64,000 bases of DNA from Bacillota bacterium (GCA_017397935.1 JAFQHN010000025.1:9014-73013); one strand, 5' to 3'; positions 18,405-30,051 are shown, counted from the stretch's first letter. Notes: generated by a model not told the origin, from the letters alone. A program made the numbers and translations.

Positions 18405-19490
<1,086 letters not shown>

Positions 19491-19516
19491 AATTGTTTGA
19501 ATCGTCACAAAATTAC

Positions 19517-19547
19517 ACCGGGGTCAGCAGCTTGGCCCCGGTTTTTA
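19517..19547 (+). terminator. Hairpin plus T-tract after the collagen-like gene
   Basis: accgggg...ccccggt followed by TTTTT. Confidence 0.55.
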
Positions 19548-19579
19548 TATCAGCTTTAATTAAAAGAGGAGGGAATGAC

Positions 19580-20701
19580 TTGGCAGAAAATCAGTTTAAG
19601 GTATGTGTTTATGCAATCTGCAAAAATGAGGCGCAGTTTGTGCAGCGGTGGTTGGCGTCGATGAGCGAGGCTGATGCGATTTATGTGCTGGACACCGGCT
19701 CATCGGACGATACCGTGCGGCTGCTGCAAGAGGGTGGGGCACAGGTTACGGTCAGCCAGATTAAGCCGTGGCGCTTTGATGTGGCCCGCAATCAATCCCT
19801 GGACCTGGTGCCGCAGGATGCTGATATTTGCGTTTGCACCGATTTGGATGAAGTTTTGCAGCCCGGCTGGCGGCCGAAGTTGGAGACTGTGTGGGCGCAG
19901 GGCGCCGGCCGTGCCAAATACCGCTATACGTGGAGTTTTAATGATGACGGCAGCGAGGGCAGCGTTTTTTGGGTGGATAAGGTGCATTGTCGCCGCGGGT
20001 ACCGCTGGGTAAACCCCGTGCATGAGGTGTTGGCATGGGAGGGAGAGGGCGATGAGCCGCTGGCGTTGTTTGCCGAGGGTGTGCAGCTGAACCACTATCC
20101 TGACCGCAGCAAGTCCCGTGGGCAATACCTGCCGCTGTTGGAGCTGGCTGTGCAGGAAAACCCGCAGAATGACCGCAATATGCATTATCTGGGCCGGGAG
20201 TATATGTATTACGGACGCTGGCAGGATTGCATTGATACCTTAAAGCGCCATTTGCAGCTGCCGTCGGCTCTCTGGCGTGATGAAAGGGCCGCCTCCATGC
20301 GTTTTATTGCCCGTTCATATCAGGCGTTGGGGCAGGATGACGAGGCGGAAAGCTGGTATCTGCGGGCGGTGGCCGAGGCGCCGCATTTGCGTGAGCCGTG
20401 GCTGGAATATGCCCGTCTGGCCTACCAAAAAGCGGATTGGAATGCTGTTATCTGGCTGGCCGAAAGAGCGCTGAAAATTACCGAGCGTCCGCGCACCTAC
20501 ATCACCGAGGCGGATAGCTGGAGTTTTATGCCGTATGACCTGGCGGCTTTGGGTTATTATAACACCGGCCAGTATCTGCCGGCCTTGCAGAATGCCGATA
20601 TTGCGGCAGCTATGTGCCCTGAGGATGAGCGCTTACAGCGTAACCGGCAGGTGATTTGGGAAAAACTGGCGGAGAAGGGTAATGCGGCAGTAATAAAATA
20701 G
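19580..20701 (+). CDS. Family 2 glycosyltransferase with C-terminal TPR-like repeats
   Basis: Start refined to TTG 19580 after RBS AGAGGAGGG (the ORF-track 19493 start reads through the terminator); GT-A motifs KVCVYAICKNE and LDTGSSDDT; helical repeats in the C-terminal half. Confidence 0.7.
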   Translation: MAENQFKVCVYAICKNEAQFVQRWLASMSEADAIYVLDTGSSDDTVRLLQEGGAQVTVSQIKPWRFDVARNQSLDLVPQDADICVCTDLDEVLQPGWRPKLETVWAQGAGRAKYRYTWSFNDDGSEGSVFWVDKVHCRRGYRWVNPVHEVLAWEGEGDEPLALFAEGVQLNHYPDRSKSRGQYLPLLELAVQENPQNDRNMHYLGREYMYYGRWQDCIDTLKRHLQLPSALWRDERAASMRFIARSYQALGQDDEAESWYLRAVAEAPHLREPWLEYARLAYQKADWNAVIWLAERALKITERPRTYITEADSWSFMPYDLAALGYYNTGQYLPALQNADIAAAMCPEDERLQRNRQVIWEKLAEKGNAAVIK

Positions 20702-20920
20702 AAGTATATATTGTTGAAACTGGATTTGTCAAGTGGGCTTTTTTGCGAAAAAACAGAGTTTATCAATCAAACACAAGTAATACCATAATTTGTTAAGGCG
20801 CAAGCGGTTTATCCGTTTGCGCCTCTTGGCTTTGCTGTATTTGGGTTACATATGGTGGAAATATTCACATCTTTGTGCTATAATTTAGAGTGAAACTTTG
20901 AATTTAGAGGGGGCATAAAA

Positions 20921-21316
20921 ATGGCAATTTCAAATATAAATGCGATTATCAACGATGATATTCATAAAGTTTGGGATATTGTTTTTGCCATTGATAAATA
21001 TAGTGTGTGGCGAAGCGATTTAAGCAAAACAGAAATCATAAATGAAAAGCAATTTATTGAGTACACTAAGGACGGATATGCAACTACATTTTTAACCACT
21101 GCTGTTGAGCCATATAAACGCTGGGAATTTGACATGGAAAATAGCAATATGACAGGACATTGGATTGGTATTTTTACAGCTAAGGGAAATGAAACACAAA
21201 TTGATTTTACAGAAAATGTGACACCAAAGAAGTGGTTTATGAAACCTTTTGTAAACCTCTATTTGAAGAAGCAGCAAAAGCAATTTATTCTGGACTTAAA
21301 AAAAGCATTGGAATAA
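20921..21316 (+). CDS. SRPBCC (START/Bet v1-like) domain protein, AT-rich
   Basis: 131 aa; extended -10 TGTGCTATAAT upstream; GC far below average. Confidence 0.5.
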   Translation: MAISNINAIINDDIHKVWDIVFAIDKYSVWRSDLSKTEIINEKQFIEYTKDGYATTFLTTAVEPYKRWEFDMENSNMTGHWIGIFTAKGNETQIDFTENVTPKKWFMKPFVNLYLKKQQKQFILDLKKALE

Positions 21317-21341
21317 CAAATTTAAGCAGAACGGAGAATTT

Positions 21342-22211
21342 ATGCAAGCAAGTAATTATAAAGAGCTGCTGAAATTTGTGGCGTCAATGATTATTTTCGG
21401 CACCAACGGCCTGCTGGTAAATCACATCAATCTTTCCAGCGCCGAGATCGTGCTGTTGAGGACATTTTTCGGTACTTTGTTTTTGCTGCTGGTGGTGATG
21501 CTTACCGGCAGGTTCGATTTTGCGGCCTTAAAGGTCGACACGCTGATGGCTACTCTGGGCGGTGCGGCGCTGGGTACCAACTGGATGCTGCTGTTCGCCG
21601 CTTATCGCGAGGCATCGGTCAGCCTGGCCACATTGACCTATTATTGTGGCCCCATGCTGGTGCTGGCTTTATCTCCGCTGCTTTTTGGCGAGAAGCTGAC
21701 AGGCAGTAAGATGATGGCGATTGCTGCGGTGGCGGTGGGTATGCTGTGTATCAGCGGCAGTATTGATTTCTCGGCCAGCGGTTTGGGCTTGCTGTTTGGC
21801 GCAGGTGCGGCGCTGTTTTATGCGGCATTGATCATCTTTAATAAAAAGGTGAAGCGCCTGTCCGGCTTGCATTGTGCGCTGTATGAGCTGGCGGTGGCTT
21901 TTGTGGTGATACTGATTTATCTGCTGGCATCGGGGGTGCAGCTGCCGATTATTCCGGCCGCGGGAGAATGGCCGTATGTGCTGACCATCGGCCTGTTGAA
22001 CACCGGTGTGGCTTATTATTTGTACTTCTCATCCCTGCAAAAGCTGGCCGGGCAAACGGTGGCTTTGATATGTTACATTGACCCGTTATCGGCGCTGCTG
22101 CTGGCTGCAATTTTCCTGCATGAGAGCCTGCTGCCGATACAAATGCTGGGTGCTGTGCTGATTATGGGCGGTGCCATTTGGGGAGAGCTGGCCGGCAGCA
22201 AACAAAAATAA
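21342..22211 (+). CDS. DMT/EamA family transporter
   Basis: 289 aa; 10-TM EamA duplication pattern. Confidence 0.8.
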   Translation: MQASNYKELLKFVASMIIFGTNGLLVNHINLSSAEIVLLRTFFGTLFLLLVVMLTGRFDFAALKVDTLMATLGGAALGTNWMLLFAAYREASVSLATLTYYCGPMLVLALSPLLFGEKLTGSKMMAIAAVAVGMLCISGSIDFSASGLGLLFGAGAALFYAALIIFNKKVKRLSGLHCALYELAVAFVVILIYLLASGVQLPIIPAAGEWPYVLTIGLLNTGVAYYLYFSSLQKLAGQTVALICYIDPLSALLLAAIFLHESLLPIQMLGAVLIMGGAIWGELAGSKQK

Positions 22212-22288
22212 ATAAGAAAATCAGGGCAGCTTGTTAATAAGTTACCCTGATTTTTTTGTGTTTTTTGGTTGTTAATTATGGCCATTTG

Positions 22289-22990
22289 TTAATTACGGTC
22301 ATTTCGCTGAACCATCAACAGCAGGTGCAGCAGCTGCATAATGCTGACCGCCAGTGCCGCCACATAGGTAAGGGCTGCTGCGTTCAATACCTTTTTAGAG
22401 CCGTAAATCTCATCGTCGGTTAATCTGCTGCAACCTTCCAGCGCGGCAATAGCCCGGCTGCTGGCATTATACTCGGTGGGCAGGGTTACCAACTGGAATA
22501 CGGCACACAGAGAGAAGCACACCACACCCAGATAAGCAAGGCTGATGAGCTGCGGGTTGCTGACGGAGAAGATAATGCCCAGCAGGATCAACGGCATTGC
22601 CAGCTGAGAGCCGATATTGGTGATCGGCACAATGGCGGTGCGGATTCTGATAGGAAAATATCCGGTGGCGTGCTGCACGGCATGGCCGCATTCATGCGCC
22701 GCAACACCGATAGCTGCCGGGGTGGAGCCGGAGTATACGCTGTCTGAAAGGCGGATGACATTGGCAGAGGGGTCATAATGGTCGGTAAGGTTGCCGGCAA
22801 TATGCTCAATGCGTACATCACGCAGGCCGTTGGCATTCAAAATCATTCTGGCCGCCTCGCTGCCGGTCATTCCGCAGCGAATCTGCTGGCCGGAGTATCG
22901 CTGAAAGGTGGAATTTACCTTGGTGCTGGCCCACAATGAAAATAGCACGGCCGGCATTACCAGGATAATATAAGACATATCAATAAACAT
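22289..22990 (-). CDS. Membrane zinc metallopeptidase (HExxH, Zn_peptidase_2/YugP-like family)
   Basis: HECGH motif; RBS AGGAGG 7 nt upstream of ATG 22990. Confidence 0.7.
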   Translation of the reverse strand: MFIDMSYIILVMPAVLFSLWASTKVNSTFQRYSGQQIRCGMTGSEAARMILNANGLRDVRIEHIAGNLTDHYDPSANVIRLSDSVYSGSTPAAIGVAAHECGHAVQHATGYFPIRIRTAIVPITNIGSQLAMPLILLGIIFSVSNPQLISLAYLGVVCFSLCAVFQLVTLPTEYNASSRAIAALEGCSRLTDDEIYGSKKVLNAAALTYVAALAVSIMQLLHLLLMVQRNDRN

Positions 22991-23099
22991 TTTTATTCCT
23001 CCTGAGTTATTTATATAATTTCGGCATTTTGTATAAAATTATTATATGGCAATAATTTTAACTGTATCTAAACTTTTTATTGTAATTTGTGCATTTTTT

Positions 23100-23175
23100 T
23101 GGTGGACGATAAGGGATTTGAACCCTCGACCTTTCGGATGCGAACCGAACGCTCTCCCAGCTGAGCTAATCGCCC
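23100..23175 (-). tRNA. tRNA-Ala (anticodon CGC)
   Basis: Manual fold: G3:U70 Ala identity pair, anticodon loop UUCGCAU, encoded CCA. Confidence 0.85.
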
Positions 23176-23255
23176 ACATAATTACTATAATACTACTACT
23201 TTATGGGTGGTTTGGCAAGTATATCCTGATTTTGGCGTGATTTTTCTGGCTAATT

Positions 23256-23687
23256 TTATTCTTGCTGCCCGATGTGTATTTCGGTTATGCTGTTGATTTT
23301 TATGGCGGCACCGTCTGCAAAAATCAGCAAGCGGCGGTATTGGTCAATTTTTTTTATGCGGCCGCTGTGGTGCAGATAACAGCCGCCCTCTTTGTGTTCA
23401 TCCGGTTGAAAGTAAGTGATGGCGGTATCTGTTTGCCCGGCGCTTTGCAGAAGGTGTTGCAGCAGCTGCAATTTGCTGTCCAAATCAGCCAGCGTGTCCT
23501 CGTTCAGTTCCGGCGGTGCAGCGGTCAGGCGGGCGGTCTCCTGCATGGCAGCCTCATGGCCGGTTAACGCCGCAAAGGGAGAAAACTGTGCTGCCCGGTC
23601 ATATAATGCCATTCTGGGGTGGCGGGCAGAGGTGGGGCAGGGCAGATTGATGATGTCATCATATTTGTGTGTTGGTTGGTCACTCAT
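23256..23687 (-). CDS. YolD-like protein (putative UmuD-like accessory factor of Y-family polymerase)
   Basis: 143 aa; C-terminal YolD-like pattern; sits immediately downstream of the Y-family polymerase. Confidence 0.55.
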   Translation of the reverse strand: MSDQPTHKYDDIINLPCPTSARHPRMALYDRAAQFSPFAALTGHEAAMQETARLTAAPPELNEDTLADLDSKLQLLQHLLQSAGQTDTAITYFQPDEHKEGGCYLHHSGRIKKIDQYRRLLIFADGAAIKINSITEIHIGQQE

Positions 23688-23708
23688 GCGGCAAGCCTCC
23701 TGTTGATT

Positions 23709-25235
23709 TTATGCTTTGTGCCCACCGATTTGGGCGTTGCGCTCCCGGGCGGTGGCTCCGTCTTGCAGGTTGGCACCTTTCAGTACGGCATTTTTGCCGA
23801 ATTTCCGCTTGATACCCAATACTGCCAGCTGCATTTTGCGTTCCCGTTGCAGCGCGGCTTCCTCAGCGGCCTGTTGCTGCTGCTGTTTGGTGTAATCCGT
23901 AAACAAATTCAGCTGCTCGGAGAAGGTTTGCCGGCTGATTTCGCCCTCCGGTATAACATGGTTGGCCGAAATTGTTATGCGCCGCACCAATAAATCCGGA
24001 TTGACGATTTGCGAGTATAAAGTCATTACGGCTTTGCTGATCAGCAGGGCGGAGGAGGTGGGCAGTTTAAGGTTGGTGCTGCCATGAGCAGGCTTGGGAA
24101 CGGTGCGGCCGTAGGCATCATTGGTGATAGCACCTCTATATAAGCTGCCGATTTTAGGGTTGGTAAGGCTCTCCCGGTCATAGCCGACGGTCAGCACAAT
24201 TTGGTCGGCCGCCAGACCTTTTTCCAGCAAATCCAGCGCCAGCAGCTCGGCCATCTCTCTGGCCACCAGCTTGGCCTTGGCGTAAGGGTAGGGCTCTTGC
24301 AGCACCTGCCCGGAGCATAAACTGCGGTTGGACGGACGGTATGCCTTGATCTCGGCCAGCGTACAGGGTTCATGTCCCCAGGCGTGGTCAATCAGCAGCT
24401 CGGCATTTATGCCAAACATTTTATAAAGCAGCTCCTCATTATGGTATTGGTACGGCGCCCCCATTGAGCAGCGGGCAATATCCCCCATGGTATACAGGCC
24501 GTGCTCTTCCAGCTTGGCGGCATATCCGCGGCCCACTCGCCAAAAATCGGTCAGCGGGCGGTGATTCCAAAGCAGCCGCCGGTAGGATTGCTCATTCAGC
24601 TCGGCAATACGCACTCCGTTTTGGTCAGCCTCGGTGTGCTTGGCCACAATATCCATGGCCACCTTGCACAGGTACAGGTTGGTGCCGATGCCGGCGGTGG
24701 CGGTGATGCCGGTGCTTTGCTGCACATCACGCATCATGGTGGCGGCCAGCTCCCGGGCAGTCATCTTATAGGTGCGCAGATAGGCCGAAACATCCATAAA
24801 GACCTCATCAATGGAGTAAATGTGCATATCCTCCGGCGCCAGATATTTCAGATAGATATTATAAATTCGGCTGCTGTGTTCAATGTAATGCGCCATACGG
24901 GGCGGTGCCACGATGTAATCAACTTGCAGCTCCGGGTGGGTTTGCAGCTCGGTGGCGTCGGTGGATGAGCCGCAGAAATTGCGCCCGTGAATTTGCCGCC
25001 GCCTTTCGGCGTTGACACGGGCAATTTTCTGCACAACCTCAAACAGGCGGGGGCGCCCCGGCACACCGTAGGCTTTCAGCGAGGGGGAAACGGCCAGGCA
25101 AATGGTTTTTTCGGTGCGGGCAGGGTCGGCCACCACCAAGTTGGTGGTCATGGGGTCAAGGCCGCGCTCCATACATTCCACCGAGGCATAAAAAGATTTT
25201 AAGTCTATGGCAATATAAACTTTGTTGTCTGTCAT
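23709..25235 (-). CDS. Y-family DNA polymerase (UmuC/DinB/ImuB-type, translesion synthesis)
   Basis: Start refined to MTDNKVYIAIDLKSFYASVEC (ATG at 25235); palm, finger and little-finger domains are present. Confidence 0.9.
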   Translation of the reverse strand: MTDNKVYIAIDLKSFYASVECMERGLDPMTTNLVVADPARTEKTICLAVSPSLKAYGVPGRPRLFEVVQKIARVNAERRRQIHGRNFCGSSTDATELQTHPELQVDYIVAPPRMAHYIEHSSRIYNIYLKYLAPEDMHIYSIDEVFMDVSAYLRTYKMTARELAATMMRDVQQSTGITATAGIGTNLYLCKVAMDIVAKHTEADQNGVRIAELNEQSYRRLLWNHRPLTDFWRVGRGYAAKLEEHGLYTMGDIARCSMGAPYQYHNEELLYKMFGINAELLIDHAWGHEPCTLAEIKAYRPSNRSLCSGQVLQEPYPYAKAKLVAREMAELLALDLLEKGLAADQIVLTVGYDRESLTNPKIGSLYRGAITNDAYGRTVPKPAHGSTNLKLPTSSALLISKAVMTLYSQIVNPDLLVRRITISANHVIPEGEISRQTFSEQLNLFTDYTKQQQQQAAEEAALQRERKMQLAVLGIKRKFGKNAVLKGANLQDGATARERNAQIGGHKA

Positions 25236-25282
25236 TTTGCTGCCCCCGTTAAATGCATTTGCTTTTTTATATTTAAGCCTTG

Positions 25283-25296
25283 CGAACATTTGTTCG
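25283..25296. promoter_or_regulatory. LexA operator (Cheo box) CGAACATTTGTTCG
   Basis: Perfect match to the Gram-positive CGAACRNRYGTTCG consensus, about 48 nt upstream of the Y-pol ATG and overlapping a TATAAT element. Confidence 0.8.
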
Positions 25297-25433
25297 CTTA
25301 TATTATAGGCCAAATTTCTATTTTTGGCAATAGTTTTGGGGCAAATTTTGCAGCCGTCCTGCCGATAATAAAAAATGCACCTTATATGTGACCAAAACGG
25401 CCGTATATAAGGTGCATGATGTTTGTTAGCAGT

Positions 25434-28049
25434 TTATTCCAGCGTAATGCTGATAACATTGGACCACGGGCTGTAAGCATCTTCGGCATCGGTTATGGCA
25501 CGGATGCGGAAGTTATAATTGCTGCCCAAAGTCAAGTCATTTACCGTCAGGTCAGTAAAATAAGTGGTGATGGTATTGCTGGGGTTGCTGCCCTCCCAAT
25601 ATTCCACCTGATATTTTAAGCTGCCGGCGTTGTCATTCTTCCAGCTCACATAAATCGAGGAGTCGGTGTGTTTGCCGGCCATTACATCATGGGGCGGCAG
25701 CAGCGTCAGCGTGGCATCGGGGTTATCGGTACCGGGGTTTTCAATATCGTCACCAATGTTGGGTATATCGGTGGCCTGGCCCTGGTGGGTGGGGCAATAA
25801 TTGGTAGGCAGCTCGGTTGCACCGCTTACATGGTTGCTCTTATCCGGTTCCACCATCCGATAAACGATTTTGGTTTCGGGGCAATATGCGGTGGCAAGCT
25901 GGTTGGTGGCCACACAAAGGGTGGCGCTGGTAACCTGGTTGCCGGATTCGGTGGGCACATTGTCCTTGTCAAAAAGCTCATTTACGGTTTTGGTAGTGTT
26001 ATCATCGGGCAGCAGGCCGGTCAAGGCGTCCACCGTCACCGAAACGATACCGGCCGGCTTCTGGAACCGGGAACCGGGCAAATCCTTGCTGGCCCCACCG
26101 ATAACATATTTCCAGATCTGGGCGGGGTACTTGCCGCCGTAAATTTGGCGCAGATATTGTACGGTGCCTTCCTCGTCCTTGTCGTCGTCATAACCCATCC
26201 AAACTACGCCCACCATCTCAGGGGAAAAGGCCGCAAACCAAGCGTCACGGTTGCCGCTGAGGCCCTTAAAATAGCTGAGGTCAGGCAGCTGCACGGTACC
26301 GGTTTTGGATGCTACATCTCGGTTGGGCAGCTGGGCACGGGTGCCGGTGCCGGCGGTGGTTACGGTTTTCAGCATATCGGTCACCAGATAAGCGGTGGTT
26401 TCCTTCATGGCGACATTCTGGTTAAGCTCGGATTCATAAATCACATTACCCTCGGTATCTTCAATGCGGGAGATACACCAGGGCTCGGTATAAATGCCGC
26501 TGTTGGCCAGGGTGCCGTAGGCTGCCGCCATCTGCATGGGAGATACGCCGTAAGTTAAGCCGCCCAATGCAATACTAAGGTTGTTGTCCTGGTCGGACAG
26601 GTTAATGCCCATCTTGCCCAGCATATTCAACGAAGCCGGTACGGTGGCCATTTGCAGGAATTTTACGCTGGCAATATTAACCGAATACTGGCAGGCGGTG
26701 CGCATTGAGATAATGCCTTTGTAGCTGCCGTCATAGTTGCCGGGGGTCCATTTGGTGCCAAAGGTGGTCGGTGCATCATTGGCGGTGGTGGCAGGAGAAT
26801 AGCCTGCTTCAATGGCGGGGGCATAAGCTGCCACCGGCTTAAAGGTGGAACCGGGCTGGCGCTTCATATCTACCGCACGGTTGTAGCCGCGTTTGGTGGT
26901 GTATTCCCGGCCGCCCATCAAGCCCAGAACGGCATTGTTATCGGTGCTTAAAACCACCATGGCACTTTCCACCAAATCCTTGGAGTAGGTTTGGGGGAAG
27001 TTTTCGGCGTTTTTGTAGGCTTCCTCCATCAGCGTCTGCACTTCATCATTCAGTGTGGTGTAAATGCGGTAGCCGGCGGTGTAAATAGAGGCATCGGCGT
27101 AGCCTTTGCTTTCCAAAATATTCTCGGCGGTGTTGATTACATAATCGGTAAACCACGGGTGATTATAAGCAGCGGTGTAGGCAGATTCGCCGGTTGTTAC
27201 CACTTCCTCCTTGGCGGCAGCAATATCCTCGGCCGAATATTTATCGGTGTAGTTGGATAAGTTGGTAAGCACCTGATTTTTTACCTTAAAGGAGTTATCG
27301 GGGTTGTAAATCGGCGAGTACAGCTTGGGGTTGCGGATAATGCCAACCAGTGTGGCAGCCTCGGCCATATCAATCTCGCTGACATCCTTGCCGAAGAGTG
27401 TCTGGCTGGCGGCCTGGACACCGTAAGCGCTGTGGCCGAAGTAAATCTCATTAAGATAAAGCGCCAGAATCTCGTCCTTGGAGTATTCACTCTCCAACTG
27501 CATGGCGATAAACGCCTCTTTGATTTTGCGGTCCAGCTTTTTATCCTGATTATTCAGGATGGCGGTGCGGGCCAGCTGCATGGTAATGGTGGACGCACCC
27601 TGTTTAATGCCTCCGGCTTTGATGTCGGCAATCAATGCGCCGCCGATACGGATAATATCAATGCCGTTATGCTCATAAAAACGGGTATCCTCGGTAGCCA
27701 AAAAAGCATCAGTCAGATATGTTGGCATATCATCCAGGCTGACATAGGTGCGGTTCTCGCTGGAATGCAGTTCGGAGAAAACCTCGCCCTTATCATCATA
27801 GAGGAAGGTGGTCTTGTCCGAGAGCAGGGCGTTTTCATCCCAATCCGGCAAATCCTTCAACACGGTGGCCACATAAACCGCCAGGGCTGCTGCGCTGATT
27901 ACTCCCACAACAAGGAAGGTGCAGAGGACGGCCAGCAATATGCGGCGTTTTTTTAATTTGCGTTTCTTACGGGGTTTCCTGGGGCGGTCCACAGCGGCAG
28001 ACGGTTTTTCAACCATATCCTCCTGCGGCCGTTTGGTTTCCTTTGTCAT
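25434..28049 (-). CDS. Class A penicillin-binding protein 1A (transglycosylase-transpeptidase) with C-terminal FN3-like domain
   Basis: 871 aa; GT51 motifs EDxxFxxHxG and RQSxxK, transpeptidase SxxK; RBS AGGAGG. Confidence 0.9.
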   Translation of the reverse strand: MTKETKRPQEDMVEKPSAAVDRPRKPRKKRKLKKRRILLAVLCTFLVVGVISAAALAVYVATVLKDLPDWDENALLSDKTTFLYDDKGEVFSELHSSENRTYVSLDDMPTYLTDAFLATEDTRFYEHNGIDIIRIGGALIADIKAGGIKQGASTITMQLARTAILNNQDKKLDRKIKEAFIAMQLESEYSKDEILALYLNEIYFGHSAYGVQAASQTLFGKDVSEIDMAEAATLVGIIRNPKLYSPIYNPDNSFKVKNQVLTNLSNYTDKYSAEDIAAAKEEVVTTGESAYTAAYNHPWFTDYVINTAENILESKGYADASIYTAGYRIYTTLNDEVQTLMEEAYKNAENFPQTYSKDLVESAMVVLSTDNNAVLGLMGGREYTTKRGYNRAVDMKRQPGSTFKPVAAYAPAIEAGYSPATTANDAPTTFGTKWTPGNYDGSYKGIISMRTACQYSVNIASVKFLQMATVPASLNMLGKMGINLSDQDNNLSIALGGLTYGVSPMQMAAAYGTLANSGIYTEPWCISRIEDTEGNVIYESELNQNVAMKETTAYLVTDMLKTVTTAGTGTRAQLPNRDVASKTGTVQLPDLSYFKGLSGNRDAWFAAFSPEMVGVVWMGYDDDKDEEGTVQYLRQIYGGKYPAQIWKYVIGGASKDLPGSRFQKPAGIVSVTVDALTGLLPDDNTTKTVNELFDKDNVPTESGNQVTSATLCVATNQLATAYCPETKIVYRMVEPDKSNHVSGATELPTNYCPTHQGQATDIPNIGDDIENPGTDNPDATLTLLPPHDVMAGKHTDSSIYVSWKNDNAGSLKYQVEYWEGSNPSNTITTYFTDLTVNDLTLGSNYNFRIRAITDAEDAYSPWSNVISITLE

Positions 28050-28365
28050 TTTTTTATACCTCCTGTAATATCACAACATTAAATAATGCTAACACACAAT
28101 TTTCTAATTTATAATTATAGCACATGCTTTGATAAGTAGCAAGTTTTTCCTGAAAAGTGGTTTGTGATGGCAAAAATTACAGCTGTTATTTTATTGTGGT
28201 GGGGAATTTGCATGGAATAGTGCTGAAATTAAACTGTAAATCCCAAAAATTTTTATGTGCCGGGCTTTGGCTGTTGATAAGCAGCCGGATTTTGCTGAAA
28301 AGCGGTCTAAAAAAATTCCCGTAAAATATGATAATTTACAGGGGAATAAGCAGCCGGAGGTGTAT

Positions 28366-29061
28366 ATGAAAACCGCGCTGAAAAAACAGAAATTTGGTCG
28401 GTGTCCCAGGCGTCGGCCGTTGTGGCCGTGGCTGCTGGCTGCGCTGATAATTTTCGGCTCCTGCTGTGTTACGGTCGATTCTGCGTTGAGGCCGATTGCG
28501 CAGCGGGTGGCTTCTCATCAGGTGCATTTGGCCATGCTTAGGATCATCAATGAGGCGGTTTATGACCAGCTTGGCAACGGCGTGGCTTATCAGCAGCTTA
28601 TCAATGTGGCCACCGATGAGAATGGCCGTGTGACGCTTATGCAGCCAGATACCGTGAAGATAACCAGACTTGTCACTTCCATCGCCCGTAATTTAGAGGA
28701 GAGAATAGGCAATTTAAGCCGCAGCGATATTAAGGTGCCGTTGGGCCTGCTTACGGGGCATTTGCTGCTGGCGGATAAGGGACCGAATATTGTGGTGGCG
28801 CTGCTGCCCTCCGGTACGGTAAATGTGGAGATCCATGATGAATTTACATCTGCCGGTATCAACCAAACCAAACACACCATTATGCTGGATATTGTGGTGG
28901 ATATGGGCATTTTGATGCCGATGCAAACCACTTTTACACAGATAACCGACAGTCTGCCTCTGGTGGAGAGCGTAATTGTGGGGCCCATCCCCGAAACTTA
29001 TCTTAATTTTGGCGGCGCAGAGCAGATCAAGCAGCAAATGCAGACAAATTTTGCGGAATAA
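28366..29061 (+). CDS. yunB: Sporulation protein YunB
   Basis: Start refined to MKTALKKQKF (ATG at 28366; RBS GGAGGTG); YunB-like with an N-terminal TM. Confidence 0.7.
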   Translation: MKTALKKQKFGRCPRRRPLWPWLLAALIIFGSCCVTVDSALRPIAQRVASHQVHLAMLRIINEAVYDQLGNGVAYQQLINVATDENGRVTLMQPDTVKITRLVTSIARNLEERIGNLSRSDIKVPLGLLTGHLLLADKGPNIVVALLPSGTVNVEIHDEFTSAGINQTKHTIMLDIVVDMGILMPMQTTFTQITDSLPLVESVIVGPIPETYLNFGGAEQIKQQMQTNFAE

Positions 29062-29160
29062 TAAATGGAAAATTGTTAAACCGTCTTTACACAGAGCATT
29101 TTTTGGAGTAAAATGAATTGTTAGAAATTTTTTGAACTTTTTGTTTTTTGGAGGTATATC

Positions 29161-29913
29161 ATGTCCGGTCATAATAAATGGTCAACAATCAAGCACAAAA
29201 AAGGCAAGGCAGACGCAGCCCGTGCCAAGGTTTTCACCCAGATTTCCAAGGAAATTTTTGTAGCGGTGCGGCAGTCCGGCCCGGACCCGACGGCCAATTT
29301 CCGTTTGCGTCTGTGCATCCAGAAGGCCAAGGCAGCCAATATGCCGATGGATAATGTAAACCGCGCTATTTTGAAGGCATCCGGCAACCAGGAAGGCGTT
29401 AACTATGAGGAAATCGTTTACGAGGGTTACGGCGCAGGCGGCGTTGCTGTAATGTGTGAAATGCTCACCGATAACCGCAACCGTGTGGCCAGCGATATCC
29501 GTTACATCTTTTCCCGCAACAACGGCAACCTGGGCGAGACCGGTTGTGTTTCCTATATGTTCGAGCGCAAAGGCCGCATGACTGTGCCGGCCGAGGATGT
29601 AGACCCCGATGAACTGATGATGGCAGCTTTGGAGGCCGGCGCTGAGGATGTTATCGCTGATGAGGATGAAATTGAAATCATCACCGCCCCCGAGGATCTG
29701 GAAGCCGTGAAGAACGCTGTGGAGGAAGCAGGCTACACCACCGAAACCGCTGAAATCACCATGCTGCCCGGCAACACCATCGAAATCACCGATGAAGAAA
29801 CCGCTGCCAAGGTACTTACTTTGCTGGGCAAGCTGGAAGATTATGATGATGTGCAGAATGTTTACAGCAACGCCGATATTCCGGAAGAACTGATTGAAAA
29901 GCTGGACATCTGA
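29161..29913 (+). CDS. yebC: YebC/PmpR family DNA-binding transcriptional regulator
   Basis: 250 aa; conserved MSGHNKWSTIKHKK N-terminus. Confidence 0.9.
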   Translation: MSGHNKWSTIKHKKGKADAARAKVFTQISKEIFVAVRQSGPDPTANFRLRLCIQKAKAANMPMDNVNRAILKASGNQEGVNYEEIVYEGYGAGGVAVMCEMLTDNRNRVASDIRYIFSRNNGNLGETGCVSYMFERKGRMTVPAEDVDPDELMMAALEAGAEDVIADEDEIEIITAPEDLEAVKNAVEEAGYTTETAEITMLPGNTIEITDEETAAKVLTLLGKLEDYDDVQNVYSNADIPEELIEKLDI

Positions 29914-30051
29914 GCCAAAATTAAATAAAATTTTGAATGCAGGGCTTAACGGCTCTGCATTTTTTATGGGGCGGCGGTTGCTGAATGAGCTGATTTGGGG
30001 TATAATGAACCTGATTGTATTATATGTTAATATTCTTTTTGAGGTTATATT

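Noticed and set aside
22262-22300. Direct repeat TTGTTAATTA x2 between the DMT transporter and the zinc peptidase
   Set aside because: It is short, AT-only and lies within a convergent terminator region. It is likely a chance low-complexity repeat.
25236-25313. ORF-track N-terminal extension of the Y-family polymerase (26 extra residues beginning at TTG)
   Set aside because: The extension would translate through the LexA box and promoter, and there is no RBS. A conserved MTDNKVYIAIDLKSFYASVE start follows a GGGGG RBS.
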